From positions 930,001-994,000 of the forward strand of contig NIVC01000067.1 in NCBI GenBank assembly GCA_002269645.1: a stretch of DNA of 64,000 nucleotides, written 5' to 3'. Both the position numbers and the translations under genes were made by a program. Positions within the stretch are counted from its first letter, which is position 1. Every line of letters begins with the position of its first letter. This DNA is from Macrostomum lignano. Its lineage: Eukaryota. A model generated the notes under the pieces. That model was not told where the DNA came from and made no database searches. It saw nothing but the letters and a program-made list of their open reading frames with translations. Positions 23,146 to 35,632 of the stretch are shown one piece after another.

Positions 23146-24700
23146 ATGACCCTAAGTAAACTCGAGTAGTCTATGACCCTAAGTAAACTCGAGTAGTCTA
23201 TGACCCTAAGTAAACTCGAGTAGTCTATGACCCTAAGTAAACTCGAGTAGTCTATAACCCTAAGTAAACTCGAGTAGTCTATGACCCTAAGTAAACTCGA
23301 GTAGTTTATGACCCTAAGTAAACTCGAGTAGTCTATGACCCTAAGTAAACTCGAGTAGTCTATGACCCTAAGTAAACTCGAGCTGCTGTCTATAACACTG
23401 AATTAACGGGAGCTGGCAAGCTGCTATGAGCCCCGAGTAAACAGGAATTGCTGCCTATGACCATTAGTAAACAGGAGCTGCTGTCTATGACCCCGAGTAA
23501 ACAGGAGCTGCTGTCTATGACCCGAGTAAACAGGAGCTGCTGTCTATGACCCCGAGTAAACAGGAGCTGCTGTCTATGACCTCGAGTAAACAGGAGCTGC
23601 TGTCTATGACCCCGAGTAAACAGGAATTGCTGCCTATGACCATTAGTAAACAGGAGCTGCTGTCTATGACCCCGAGTAAACAGGAGCTGCTGTCTATGAC
23701 CCCGAGTAAACAGGAGCTGCTGTCTATGACCCCGAGTAAACAGGAGCTGCTGTCTATGACCTCGAGTAAACAGGAGCTGCTGTCTATGACCCCGAGTAAA
23801 CAGGAATTGCTGCCTATGACCATTAGTAAACAGGAGCTGCTGTCTATGACCCCGAGTAAACAGGAGCTGCTGTCTATGACCTCGAGTAAACAGGAGCTGC
23901 TGTCTATGACCCCGAGTAAACAGGAGCTGCTGTCTATGACCTCGAGTAAACAGGAGCTGCTGTCTATGACCCCGAGTAAACAGGAGCTGCTGTCTATGAC
24001 CTCGAGTAAACAGGAGCTGCTGTCTATGACCCCGAGTAAACAGGAATTGCTGCCTATGACCATTAGTAAACAGGAGCTGCTGTCTATGACCCCGAGTAAA
24101 CAGGAGCTGCTGTCTATGACCTCGAGTAAACAGGAGCTGCTGTCTATGACCCCGAGTAAACAGGAGCTGCTGTCTATGACCCGAGTAAACAGGAGCTGCT
24201 GTCTATGACCTCGAGTAAACAGGAGCTGCTGTCTATGACCCCGAGTAAACAGGAGCTGCTGTCTATGACCTCGAGTAAACAGGAGCTGCTGTCTATGACC
24301 CCGAGTAAACAGGAGCTGCTGTCTATGACCTCGAGTAAACAGGAGCTGCTGTCTATGACCTCGAGTAAACAGGAATTGCTGCCTATGACCATTAGTAAAC
24401 AGGAGCTGCTGTCTATGACCCCGAGTAAACAGGAGCTGCTGTCTATGACCTCGAGTAAACAGGAGCTGCTGTCTATGACCCCGAGTAAACAGGAGCTGCT
24501 GTCTATGACCTCGAGTAAACAGGAGCTGCTGTCTATGACCCCGAGTAAACAGGAGCTGCTGTCTATGACCTCGAGTAAACAGGAGTTGCTGTCTATGACC
24601 TCGAGTAAACAGGAGCTGCTGTCTATGACCTCGAGTAAACAGGAGTTGCTGTCTATGACCTCGAGTAAACAGGAGCTGCTGTCTATGACCCAGAGTAAAC
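23146..24700. repeat. 27-bp then 30-bp related minisatellites (TMTC3 intron 3)
   Basis: ATGACCCTAAGTAAACTCGAGTAGTCT (to about 23385) grades into CTATGACCCCGAGTAAACAGGAGCTGCTGT. Confidence 0.95.
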
Positions 24701-24801
24701 AGAAATCATACAGGGATCAATCAGGCGCCTTAATTATAACAAAAATGTCTAATAGTGCTGAGAATAGGCCCTATAAATCTCATTTAAAGTCACCCACTTA
24801 C

Positions 24802-25050
24802 CGACTGGTATCATTGGAAATGAGCGTAGCCAAGCTAACATAGGCCTTGAGGTTGGCCGGTGCCACCCTGGCTGTGTAGCTCTGACCTTTCTTAGGCTGC
24901 GGCATCAGCGCCACCGCTTGACGATAGAATTTCTCGGCCATGACTTTGTCGCCCAGAGTGGCATAGGTGCGGGCAACGTTCTGGTGGGCTCCGATGTCGT
25001 CCGGCTGTACGGAGGCCGCCTTCAGAAAGAATGGCAGAGCCTCTGAGAAT
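24802..25050 (-). CDS. TMTC3: TMTC3 exon 3 (not in the ORF track)
   Basis: Acceptor ccgcag|A at 25050 and donor CG|gtaagt at 24802. It translates FSEALPFFLKAASVQPDDIGAHQNVARTY..MPQPKKGQSYTARVAP, matching the TMTC3 VQPDDIGAH motif. Phases (2/2) fit the neighbouring exons. Confidence 0.93.
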
Positions 25051-25104
25051 CTGCGGTGGGAGGGGCGACTGGCGACTGTAAAGACGATAACGGGTGCTGG
25101 AGCT

Positions 25105-26225
25105 TCAGTCCCGTGTCTTTGTTATCCCAGAAACCTGAGCACCGTGTCTTTGTTATCCCAGAAACCTGAGCACCGTGTCTTTGTTATCACAGAAACCTGA
25201 GCACCGTGTCTTTGTTATCCCAGAAACCTGAGCACCGTGTCTTTGTTATCCCAGAAACCTGAGCACCGTGTCTTTGTTATCCCAGAAACCTGAGCACCGT
25301 GTCTTTGTTATCCCAGAAACCTGAGCACCGTGTCTTTATTATCCCAGAAACCTGAGCACCGTGTCTTTGTTATCCCAGAAACCTGAGCACCGTGTCTTTG
25401 TTATCCCAGAAACCTGAGCACCGTGTCTTTGTTATCCCAGAAACCTGAGCACCGTGTCTTTGTTATCCCAGAAACCTGAGCACCGTGTCTTTGTTATCCC
25501 AGAAACCTGAACACCGTGTCTTTGTTATCCCGGACACTTGAGTCCCGTGTCTTTATTATCCCGGACACCTCAGTCCTGTGGTGCCACCTGACTCCCGGAC
25601 ACCTCAGTCCTGTGGTGCCACCTGACTCCCGGACACCTCAGTCCTGTGGTGCCACCTGACTCCCGGACACCTCAGTCCTGTGGTGCCACCTGACTCCCGG
25701 ACACCTCAGTCCTGTGGTGCCACCTGACTCCCGGACACCTCAGTCCTGTGGTGCCACCTGACTCCCGGACACCTCAGTCCTGTGGTGCCACCTGACTCCC
25801 GGACACCTCAGTCCTGTGGTGCCACCTGACTCCCGGACACCTCAGTCCTGTGGTGCCACCTGACTCCTGGACACCTCAGTCCTGTGGTGCCACCTGACTC
25901 CCGGACACCTCAGTCCTGTGGTGCCACCTGACTCCCGGACACCTCAGTCCTGTGGTGCCACCTGACCTCCCTGGACACCTCAGTCCTGTGGTGCCACCTG
26001 ACTCTCAGTCCTGTGGTGCCACCTGACTCCCGGACACCTCAGTCCTGTGGTGCCACCTGACTCCCGGACACCTCAGTCCTGTGGTGCCACCTGACTCCCG
26101 GACACCTCAGTCCTGTGGTGCCACCTGACTCTCAGTCCTGTGGTGCCACCTGACTCCTGGACACCTCAGTCCTGTGGTGCCACCTGACTCCCGGACACCT
26201 CAGTCCTGTGGTGCCACCTGACTCC
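25105..26225. repeat. 31-bp then 34-bp minisatellites (TMTC3 intron 2)
   Basis: CCCAGAAACCTGAGCACCGTGTCTTTGTTAT to about 25560, then CCCGGACACCTCAGTCCTGTGGTGCCACCTGACT. Confidence 0.95.
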
Positions 26226-26298
26226 CATGTACTACGGACTATATAACCAGAATCAATGTAGAATCGAATCGCATCAACACAAGCACAGAAATACTCAC

Positions 26299-27092
26299 TT
26301 CTCAATTTTCTCCAAACTGTGACCCACATTGTTCCACAGCTTAGCATTGTTGGGATTAACTCGCACAGCAGATGTAAACAGCGAATATTCGTCTTTCCAA
26401 TCGCAATTTCTGCACAGAGTTTTGCCGGAAAACGCTATCAGAGTCAGCAGCAGACCAAGCCGGCAGACAGACTCAGGCAGTCTGTGACGCAGCCGGTCGT
26501 AGCCAAGCCCAACTAGCAGGCAGAATCCCATACTAGGCAGGTACAATACCCGTTCGGCAATGACAAATCCCACTGGGAAGAACAGGTTGGAGGCCGGCAG
26601 GAACGGCAGGGCCAGCATAGCCAGGCCCAGTCCCACTGGCCAGTTAGCCCTGGACCGGAGCGCCACCCAGACCAGGCCCAGCAGCCAGGCGTAGAATGCC
26701 AGCACCAGGGCAGCCAGGTGCGGCTGGGTCAGCGGAGACTCGAACAGCGGCACGGAGCCCATGGTCCAATCGGCGCACAGAGGCCAGGGCAGCAGCAAAA
26801 GCAGCAGATTCAACGGCAGCAGAAGATTAAAGGTTAATTGTCTAGTAGGAGTTGGCGAATGCGCGGCCGGATTATCGAATCGAGTGAACACCGGCAGCTG
26901 GGCGCCCATGACTCGAATCCGGGCCCACATCAGGCCTGCGGTGGCGCCTAGCAGCAGGGCGCAGCGCGCCAGACTGCGGCGGGACCAGGGCAGCTGGCCG
27001 GTTGAGAAGGCGGCCACCAGCTGGCCGAGGGTGATGCCACGCCTAGCAACGTAGAGCTCGTGGAATGCGCACACGGCTACCACTGTGATGGC
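26299..27092 (-). CDS. TMTC3: TMTC3 exon 2 (membrane domain, DUF1736 region)
   Basis: Acceptor ctccag|GCC at 27092 and donor AA|gtgagt at 26299. Motifs: LPVFTRFDNPA, LCADWTMGSVP, PFLPASNLFFPVGFVIAERVLYLPSMGFC, NAKLWNNVGH. Confidence 0.95.
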
Positions 27093-27179
27093 CTGGAGCG
27101 GCATTAGCGTTATGGTTATTGCTAATTGATGCCCTCATTTGTGCGCTTCGGCTCTTACCTTGGATTTAACTTTAGTATC

Positions 27180-27465
27180 ATGACCCCTGCATGTCTATTC
27201 TACCGCACCTGTATTTACCTGATTCCTGGATGTCTATTCTACCGCATCTGCATTTACCTGATTCCTGGATGTCTATTCTACCGCATCTGTATTTACCTGA
27301 CTCCTGGATGTCTATTCTACCGCACCTGTATTTACCTGACCCCTGCATGTCTATTCTACCGCACCTGTATTTACATGATTCCTGGATGTCTATTCTACCG
27401 CACCTGTATTTACATGATTCCTGGATGTCTATTCTACCGCACCTGTATTTACATGATCCCTGCAT
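27180..27465. repeat. 39-bp minisatellite (TMTC3 intron 1)
   Basis: ATGTCTATTCTACCGCACCTGTATTTACCTGATTCCTGG, about 7 copies. Confidence 0.93.
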
Positions 27466-27660
27466 TTGTTCCACACCTCTGTTTACATGATCCCCGCATC
27501 CATATCATAATTCTATCTTAAACAAAGTTTAAGTCTATCTAGACCCAATTTACCCTAAAAGCCAACTAACTGATTACCGTTGCACCAAAGTCACTCCAAG
27601 CCAATTCTCTTCCTCAAATATAGTGTAAAATATCGCTCCCACAAGAGTTGAGCAAGTCAC

Positions 27661-28281
27661 CTGCTCCTTGCACAGGGTGCCCAGAGCGGCATACAGCACG
27701 GCTAGCCAGACGCCAGAGTAGTCGCGTCTAGCAGCGAAGGCCCTCAATGCCAGAAGGAACAGTGCGGCAGACAGCAGCTCCGCCCGGCCAACAACCCCAG
27801 CTACGGCCTCCGTGTGCACCGGGTGCAAGGCGAACAAGTAGGCAGCAACAGCGCTGGCCCGCTCTTCAACAATGCCGCTCAACAGGGCGCGACAAGCGGC
27901 TAGAAACATAGCAGAGACGAGAGCGTGCAGGCCCACATTGCCCAGATGATAGCCGAACGGGGCCAGCTCAGCCAATGCGTAGTTCAATCTAAACGTGAGC
28001 ACAGTCAGCGGCCTGTAGGATTTGTGCGACTTCTCCTCGGCCATCGGGGTGCCCCAGAAATCGTTGCGAAACAGCTGCGTCCAGGGCACGTGCGGCCGAA
28101 GGTCTTTGTTGTCGCGAACTGCTGAGGCGTCATCGAACACAAAGTCGCAGTGCAGGCTGGTGACGTAGCAGGCAGCGGCTAGGATGGTCACGTACACCAT
28201 GTGGTGATCGAATTTGACGCCAGACTCTTCAGCTTCATCGCTATGTGATGAGGACGATTTTGGCTTGCCAGAGGTAGGCAT
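27661..28281 (-). CDS. TMTC3: TMTC3 exon 1, protein O-mannosyltransferase; the spliced CDS totals 921 aa
   Basis: Probable ATG at 28281. Motifs: FVFDDASAV (DD loop), [45 protein letters not shown]; donor CAG|gtgact at 27661. Confidence 0.95.
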
Positions 28282-29543
28282 CTTGTATTGTATTTGGCAT
28301 GCAATAATTGTGCACAAAAGTTTTAGATTTTTGAAAACTTCTGTATTGCATTTCACAGTATTGTGGTTCAGGCAATATACACTGGCCATGCGAATTATGT
28401 ACACCCAATATACTAAAAATAGTTTGTCAGTATCTTTTTAACTAAGAGTGCAACTTAATTGGTTCCAGATACAACCTAGTTTACTTCAATATGAGTAGTT
28501 CAGTTGAAAATTCTTTCTTGTTATTATATTTCTTTTTTCCTTTTACTGCATTGTCTATTTGTGTTTTCTTTTTTCATTTATTCTCTTATTTTCTCTTTTA
28601 TTTTGCTTGATTATTACACTTTATTTTGTCTCTTCACTTTGGGGAGGAGGTTCAAGATTGTGACTTACACATTTCATCTGGCTAGTTTGGCTAGGTATTG
28701 CATATATATGATGGCAAGTCTAGTAATAACTTCCATTTAAATGAACAGCTGCTTTTACAAAGTTTGTCTCAAAATGGTCATGATTTTAATTTTTTATCAT
28801 AGGTTCAAAATCAGCTTAATTTAATAGGCTTTTTTGAAAATAGAATGTTTATTTATCAGTTTAAATTTACTTGCATACACTTGTATACTTTTATTTACTT
28901 TATATACTTTTTATGTTCATTTCATGCCTACTACAAATGTTAATACTTATATCTATATCTACAATATGTTAGGGGTCAGATAATATCAAAATTTTGAGAT
29001 TTTTGAGACTCTTGAGACTCTAGAGAAAGAATCTATACTTTTGAGACAATCAAAATTCAAGATCAAGCCTAATTAACATCTAATATGCCTATTTATACTA
29101 TTTTATCTATCATTACCAATACTTTTATTTGTTAAATGTGTACAATGATAATAATAGAAAAAAACTATCATTAATATATAATATTAACCTTAGTAGCTTG
29201 ATGTAATGATGTATATCATTTATCATATATAAATATATTAATATTGTAGTCATAAACATAATAGGCCCTAGTCACATAGTCACAAATTTTGACTTTTTGA
29301 GATTTCAAAACCAAGATTAATATTTTAAACAGTGCCAAGATCTTGACAATCAAGATTGAAATTAAGATCTTATCCAATCCTTATATATAATATATTTATT
29401 TATTGCTTTTGGAATAGCCTATTTTAACATAGATAATAAGCATTACATATGTAATACCCAGCCAAGCTAGTTGATCTAGCTGGCTAGCAAAGGCCTATCT
29501 CAAATATAGATGGTACTAACTAGGTGATAAGGCATTTAGCTAT

Positions 29544-29545
<2 letters not shown>

Positions 29546-29598
<53 letters not shown>
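29546..29598. repeat. (TA)n microsatellite
   Basis: Direct observation. Confidence 0.95.
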
Positions 29599-29602
<4 letters not shown>

Positions 29603-30803
29603 TAATTATTCCTATTATTTACCCAACATTATGTTAGGGAAAAGGCTAATTTTTGCTTAAGTTTCTTTTATATATAAGTTACATGACTAGTTTAAATCAG
29701 GGGAGGGGGCATTCTATACAAGTGGGATAATCTACAAGTGGGAAAATTTTTATAAAGAAATAATATATGCATATATGGCAGTGCCAGTATGCAATATAAG
29801 CCTAACAAACTGTAGGACCTAGGGCCTAATAGCTAGGCCCCCTAGCAATATCATAGACATAGGTCTAGGCCTACCCATAGTACAAACATAAAAAAATGAA
29901 AAAAATTATGCATAGGCCTAATTTAATATATAATTATTCTATATCAAATAACATTCAAAAAAAATATTTATGCTTGTGTAAAGGCCTAGCCTAACTTAGG
30001 CCATTTGCAAAATATTTTCTATTAATTGCACATAGTATAGACCTAGAATAAGAATAGGGCCTATTTTATTATATTGATCTTGAAAATATTACATTTATAA
30101 TGATCTGATCTTAATGAATTACTAATGATATTTAAAAGAAAACATAATAGGCCTAGGCCTAACTAGATATAGGCCTAGTTTTTACTTTTGATTTTGACTA
30201 GAGCCTTGCAAAGCCATATAAGCCCAGGGGGCTTAAACCTTTTTTAATTCGACTAGGCTTTATTAAGCCTACCATCTTGCCACTAGGTCTAAGCTTGACT
30301 TATGACTGCTTACCAATATTATAGATATAGACCCTAGGCCTAGGCCCAGGGTAGCTAGGGCCTAGCCCTAATAACTTAGGCTATTGCCGCCTATTCACAA
30401 TCACCTTTACGCCTAATAATCTATAAAGGGCCTATATATAGGCACTAGGCTGGGCATTGTCATGGTTTGAAAGGCCTATGCCCTAGCCCTATGGCCTATA
30501 GCCTTAGGCCTAACTAACTAAGCTAGGCCTACCTGGACTAACCTGGTCCTTTTTTTCTATGAGAATAGTAGGCCTGTCTCTCTCACTGACATTGTCTAAG
30601 GCATAGCTTGCCTGCTAGAAAAATGATCATTTCACAAACCCTAATTTTCACAACATTGAAACCAGAACCTTTCATAAGACCTATATTTCATAAACCTAAT
30701 TTTCACAACGTCAAAAGTAAGCAATGCAGCAATTTTCGGCGATCGATCTGCACCGATCTGTTTCGCGATATTATTTTCGAGTTTGAAACAGTGCGTCAAC
30801 ATA

Positions 30804-31069
30804 GGGCCTTTTCATATTGCTTGCTCTGGTTCCAGAACCAGAACCAATTTGTGAAAGTATAACTTTTTGTCTCCATAACTAGAGGGAAATACGTGCTATA
30901 AAGTTTTTATTATTGAATGACAATCGCCAACCCAAGAAGAAAGTGAAAAATTGTGCTAAGTTAGGTTGTTAAGGCAGTCAAATATTAACAGAGTTTAATA
31001 GTTATACTGCTGTTTTTCTTGGAATTCCGAACCGATTCTGGTTCTGGAATTGGTAATATGAAAAGGCCC
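30804..31069. mobile_element. MITE with 15-bp perfect TIRs (PIF/Harbinger-like)
   Basis: GGGCCTTTTCATATT (30804-30818) and AATATGAAAAGGCCC (31055-31069), with internal AGAACC motifs. Confidence 0.75.
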
Positions 31070-31072
31070 AGG

Positions 31073-31399
31073 GAGCCTCTTCACGGCAATCGGTTCTAGA
31101 ACCAGAATAAATTCGAGTTCTAGAACCAGAACCAGTGTGAAATGAGGAGCTTCGAACCCATTTTAAGTTTGACAGTCTTTACAATTTAATTTTGTAGTTC
31201 TTTGACTTTGTTTCCTCTTGGATATGACAAAAAAAGGAATAATTATATAACAACAATAAAAAATTGACGATTTCAAATATATTTTACTGTTAGTGTAAAC
31301 ATGACAACGGTTCGAGAAAATTTCTCAAACCATATTCTAGAACCAGAACCATGTTCCGGAACTGATTCTGTTTTTCGAATTGGCGATATGAAGAGGCTC
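31073..31399. mobile_element. Related MITE with 11-bp perfect TIRs and a 3-bp AGG target duplication
   Basis: GAGCCTCTTCA ... TGAAGAGGCTC, flanked by AGG on both sides (31070-31072 and 31400-31402). Its subterminal sequence resembles the adjacent MITE. Confidence 0.75.
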
Positions 31400-31445
31400 A
31401 GGGCCTACCTACAGCCAAAAGGGATACAAAATAGAGTCTAATAAG

Positions 31446-31764
31446 TAACAGTAACAGTTAAGGGACAGAAAACGCTGACATATGTCGCATAGAAATTGAT
31501 GCCAGTCTACTACTGTTGTGTGCGAAGTGCAAAACTCCCAGCTGGGCCACCTGGTCAACAGACCTGTGCTCCAGGGACCACAATGTAGGTTCAGCAGTTC
31601 TGCCGCAGGCCGTACCTAATTTGGTGGCACAATAAAACTTGGTGCTGCTGGTCGACCAGCCATGTTAAAGAAATTCGTGCAAATACGAGAGCGAGAGTCT
31701 AAGTGAAGTCAGTGAAATCAGAATGTCTTTAACAGTGTTACTGTCACTGTAACTGTTACTGTTA
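31446..31764. mobile_element. Possible MITE with 15-bp inverted ends
   Basis: TAACAGTAACAGTTA (31446-31460) and TAACTGTTACTGTTA (31750-31764); no clear TSD. Confidence 0.45.
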
Positions 31765-34608
31765 GTTGTCTGACTCACAAGACCTAAATTTCTCAACGTC
31801 ATGGCAATGGCTAGAGTTCCGGCACCGGAACCCATTTTCTAACGGCTACGGATCCGGCAGTGCCATTATAATATAGATAGAACATTATATTTTTCTTTCT
31901 ACAGGTGGCTGATATTGAGATTTTGTTCTAGATTAAGATTTAAGACGATATGATAAGATTCGGGACGAGATGCTTCTAATATTCAAACTTCTTAAGATAT
32001 GTTCTTAGCAGTCTTTATATGCTATGTCTTTATATGGCGTGCATATTCTGCTACTGCATGCACTATAGTTTTTATAGTCTTCTGATTAAGCTTCAGTCAG
32101 CAAGCAAATCAAGCTTTCTGGCTTGTACGAGCGATGGGCTCGGCATTCTAAAGCAAATCGAATCACCGTTAAAATTCCCTAGGCCTAGGTCGCAAATCAT
32201 CCTCCATATTAGCAGGTGGCTCCATATCAGCAACAGCCATATGCAGCTCCACTGGAACAATTTCACCGACTACAGGCAAACTCGCGCGTTCTGCAAAGCC
32301 TAACCTGAACAGAAAAGTTTCTGAATACTCTGATCGCACTTTAAAAAAACCGACCTCAGGGAGATGTGCATGGTCCTAACCGGCTATGGATTCTTCCAGA
32401 GACATATCTCGTTGCGAACCGGTTTGCCCTCCCACATTATTTTCTGTGGCATGGAGAGGAGAGCATCACGTGACCTGTCCTAACTTCAAGGCGCGGCACA
32501 AACTTCGGCCAACAGCCTCATGCAGTTAGATGGACGAGCTGAACATCCCAGACAACATCCGTGATCTTTGCGCCTTCGTCCGAGATTCCGGCCGGATGTA
32601 GGTCGCCAATGCCTCCTCCCCTGCAAACCTGCCAATTACTGGTCTTTTTCTGTCCTGGGGGGGGGGTTTCGGCCTAATCGCGGCGCCTGCGTTCTCCGCA
32701 AGTAGTAAGTAAGCCTTTGATCGGCGCCAAGTGACTCGTAGACGATAGTAAATAAAAATCGGCCAGGACGGCTACGTTGACTTTTAAATCTATAAGGAGG
32801 GCAGTATCCTACGGACTTCTAATTCAAAGGCGAACAAAATAAGAAACTGAAGGCAAATAAAGAAACGAAGGATAATTTATGCCAAGTAACCAAGTAAAAT
32901 AAGTAGCGCAGTGTTTACACACAATTTGCAGTTCCATATTGTTTAGAAGTTCTCTGATCAGCATGAAACAGAAATATTTTAATGCATGCTCAAATCCAAG
33001 CAATAAATAAGATCAATTTGGGACTATAGAAAAGCGTAAAAATGACAAGATGACGCAAGAATTGACAACAGCCTGTCAGCTAGCTAACTGCAGAGAAAAA
33101 TCATTGCTTAGCTTTGAATAAACAATCTGCTAACAATCACGCAGTGTCATCCGGGAAGGGGAAGCGAGCTGGGGGGCAGAAGTTGAATGGAGCGCCAGCT
33201 AGATGAGTCAATTTGAATGCGTGTCTGTCTGTATATCTGCCTATCGACAAAGCAATAGAATTGAGAATTTGCTATCTATCTAGTCTCCTAGATATCTAAT
33301 AAGCAACTCCATTGAATTTCAGCATCCCACAGGTTAAAGCTGTCGTCGCATGCACAAAACACAGGGGCACGTCAGTCATGCAAGTCACAATGTAACTCAT
33401 CAGTGTGTCATTTTATTTCTTGAAGCATTTTAGTCAAAAAACATGAAATATATTATATTGAGCCTACAGATACTGGCATGGGGACCTCATGCCGTTAGTC
33501 CATGCAATACACAGGAACAGGCCATCATTAATTTACACAAAGTAAAGAGAAAAACAATAATAGCACCTGCAGATTAAGGTGTGCATTTTTGTAGTCGGTC
33601 AATAAAAAAGTAAAATTGAGAAACGTGGAGTCGGCGGTCTCGTGGCCTTGCAAAGCGGAGTAGACAATAAAAAAATAATTAATTAAATATGTTGGGAAAT
33701 CCCTGCGATAAGAGGTGAAGAAGCAGTCACTCAGTCATAGGCTTACAGTTTTGGTATAGATAAAGCTTTATTCATAGGCAATGATAATAACAGCTAGGCA
33801 GGCCAACCAGAGCGTGAAGCTACTTTCCAATTCAGTAGTATCTATCTCTGCTTCTTCCTCGTATCCTATTGGTCCATTGATCCGTCCAATCAGCGCCCCT
33901 GGCGTCTATCTAGTAGTAGGCCTAGTGGAATCTCTAACCCTGGTTTTATTGCTTAGTACATTAGCCGCGATTGCAAATGTACATAGCTTCTATCACGTGA
34001 TTAGAATTTAAAATTGACCTTTCCTCAGCAAAAAGTAACTGTCTTATTTACTTCCTACTCAATGAAAAGTAGCAAAACTGGAATATCTAGTTTATTATCT
34101 TTGCTACATGCGTAAAGAGTTGCGGAATAAATGTGAAAAATAAAACATCATTAGTTTGATGAAATTGCGGGCAAAACACACACACAGAGCTTGTCATGGA
34201 GACATTAAATTTAAGCAAGCACATCCGACGCTTACTATGAGCGATTTCTATGCAAAGATGATCGATTTCCAGTTCGACCAATATTAAATATGCAATGCCA
34301 TCAAATATGTGATAACAGAAAACAATCTAGAGCAGATATTTTGACAATGCTACTTATAAGTAGTTTGATGCAGATAGCACTAAGTAGTCAGTTTTTAGAG
34401 GTGTATATGAATTGCGCAGAATTGGTACAGAAACAGCCATTTGGACAGGTGTTAAATTAGATTTACAGAAAATCAATATAGTTAAATAGATAAGCACACA
34501 AACACTCTCTGATTGACTGTGACTGATTTGATCGAAGAAAGAGCACATAGATACTGATTTACTATTGTTACTATAAGTAGTGCGTTGGTAAAGCAAGAGC
34601 TGCAGCCG

Positions 34609-35190
34609 TCATTCCGGTGGCAGCAGGCCAATATTGGCGGCGAACTCCAGCAGGGCCAGGTGGCAGAACACGTACTGCTCGGCTGTCTGGATGGAGCCGG
34701 CTCGCTGTTCCCTCAGCTTCAGCACGGTGCCAAGCAGGTCCACCTCGCCGGTGTCAACCAGGCGCCGCATAGCGATGTCGACAGTCAGGAAGGTGCCAGT
34801 CCGCCCGATGCCAGCCGAGCAGTGCACCAGCACGGGGCCGCGGCGCTCGTTTGCCACGCTGCGAACTTGATCGAGGAATTTCAGGAAGGATCCGGCGGCG
34901 TGCGGGATGCCAAAGTCCGGCCAGCTGGTGAACTGCAGGTGAGTGACGCTCCGGCAGCTGTCACGCTGTGTTATCGTCAGCTCGGTAGTTACTAAATCCT
35001 CTTGATCGTCTACTGATTGACACGTGACTGTGACGTCGCCGTACGTCTGCGACTCGCCTGGCGACTTCGGCCAGTACAGCGCGCACTTGGTTCGCCTGCC
35101 CTCCACTAGGCGGGTTGTCATGACGATGACGCCCACGTTGTTCTGCCAGACCATCGACCAGAAGTCCGGCACTGTGTGCGGCAGGGGGCC
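34609..35190 (-). CDS. PTPN9: PTPN9-like exon 4 (last): PTP catalytic core
   Basis: Acceptor ccacag|GGC at 35190. Motifs: GPLPHTVPDFWSMVW, KCALYWP, WPDFGIP, VHCSAGIGRTG, SIQTAEQY; stop at 34609. Confidence 0.95.
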   Translation of the reverse strand, partial: GPLPHTVPDFWSMVWQNNVGVIVMTTRLVEGRRTKCALYWPKSPGESQTYGDVTVTCQSVDDQEDLVTTELTITQRDSCRSVTHLQFTSWPDFGIPHAAGSFLKFLDQVRSVANERRGPVLVHCSAGIGRTGTFLTVDIAMRRLVDTGEVDLLGTVLKLREQRAGSIQTAEQYVFCHLALLEFAANIGLLPPE

Positions 35191-35221
35191 CTGTGGGGTT
35201 TGAGATAGGATCGGATTCGTG

Positions 35222-35606
35222 TGACCTGGAATTCGGATTGGAGACACCTGGGATTCGGATTGGAGACACCTGGGATTCGGATTGGAGACACCTGGGATTC
35301 GGATTGGAGACACCTGGGATTTGGATTGGTTGGAGACACCTGGGATTTGGATTAGAGACACCTGGGATTCGGATTGGAGACACCTGGGATTTGGATAGGA
35401 GACACCTGGGATTTGGATTGGAGACACCTGGGATTTAGAATGGAGACACCTGATATTCAGAATGGAGATACCTGGAATTCAAGATGGAGACACCTGGGAT
35501 TCAGAATGGAGATACCTGGAATTCAGGATGGAGATACCTGGGATTTAGAATGGAGATACCTGGGATTCAGGATGGAGATACCTGGAATTTAGAATGAAGA
35601 TACCTG
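35222..35606. repeat. 22-bp minisatellite filling PTPN9 intron 3
   Basis: GGAGA(C/T)ACCTGGGATTCGGATT-type units, with 18 ACCTG cores (CAGGT on the sense strand). Confidence 0.95.
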
Positions 35607-35632
35607 GGACTCCAGACAGTCGTTGCCTTTAC

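Noticed and set aside
20551-24843. 560-aa, 309-aa and SMTPSKQELL repeat ORFs
   Set aside because: These are reading frames through intronic satellites of TMTC3.
32100-32600. Possible decayed zinc-knuckle/gag fragment (CEPVC..GEHHVTC)
   Set aside because: It is short, interrupted by stops, has poor Cys/His spacing, and has no adjacent pol sequence.
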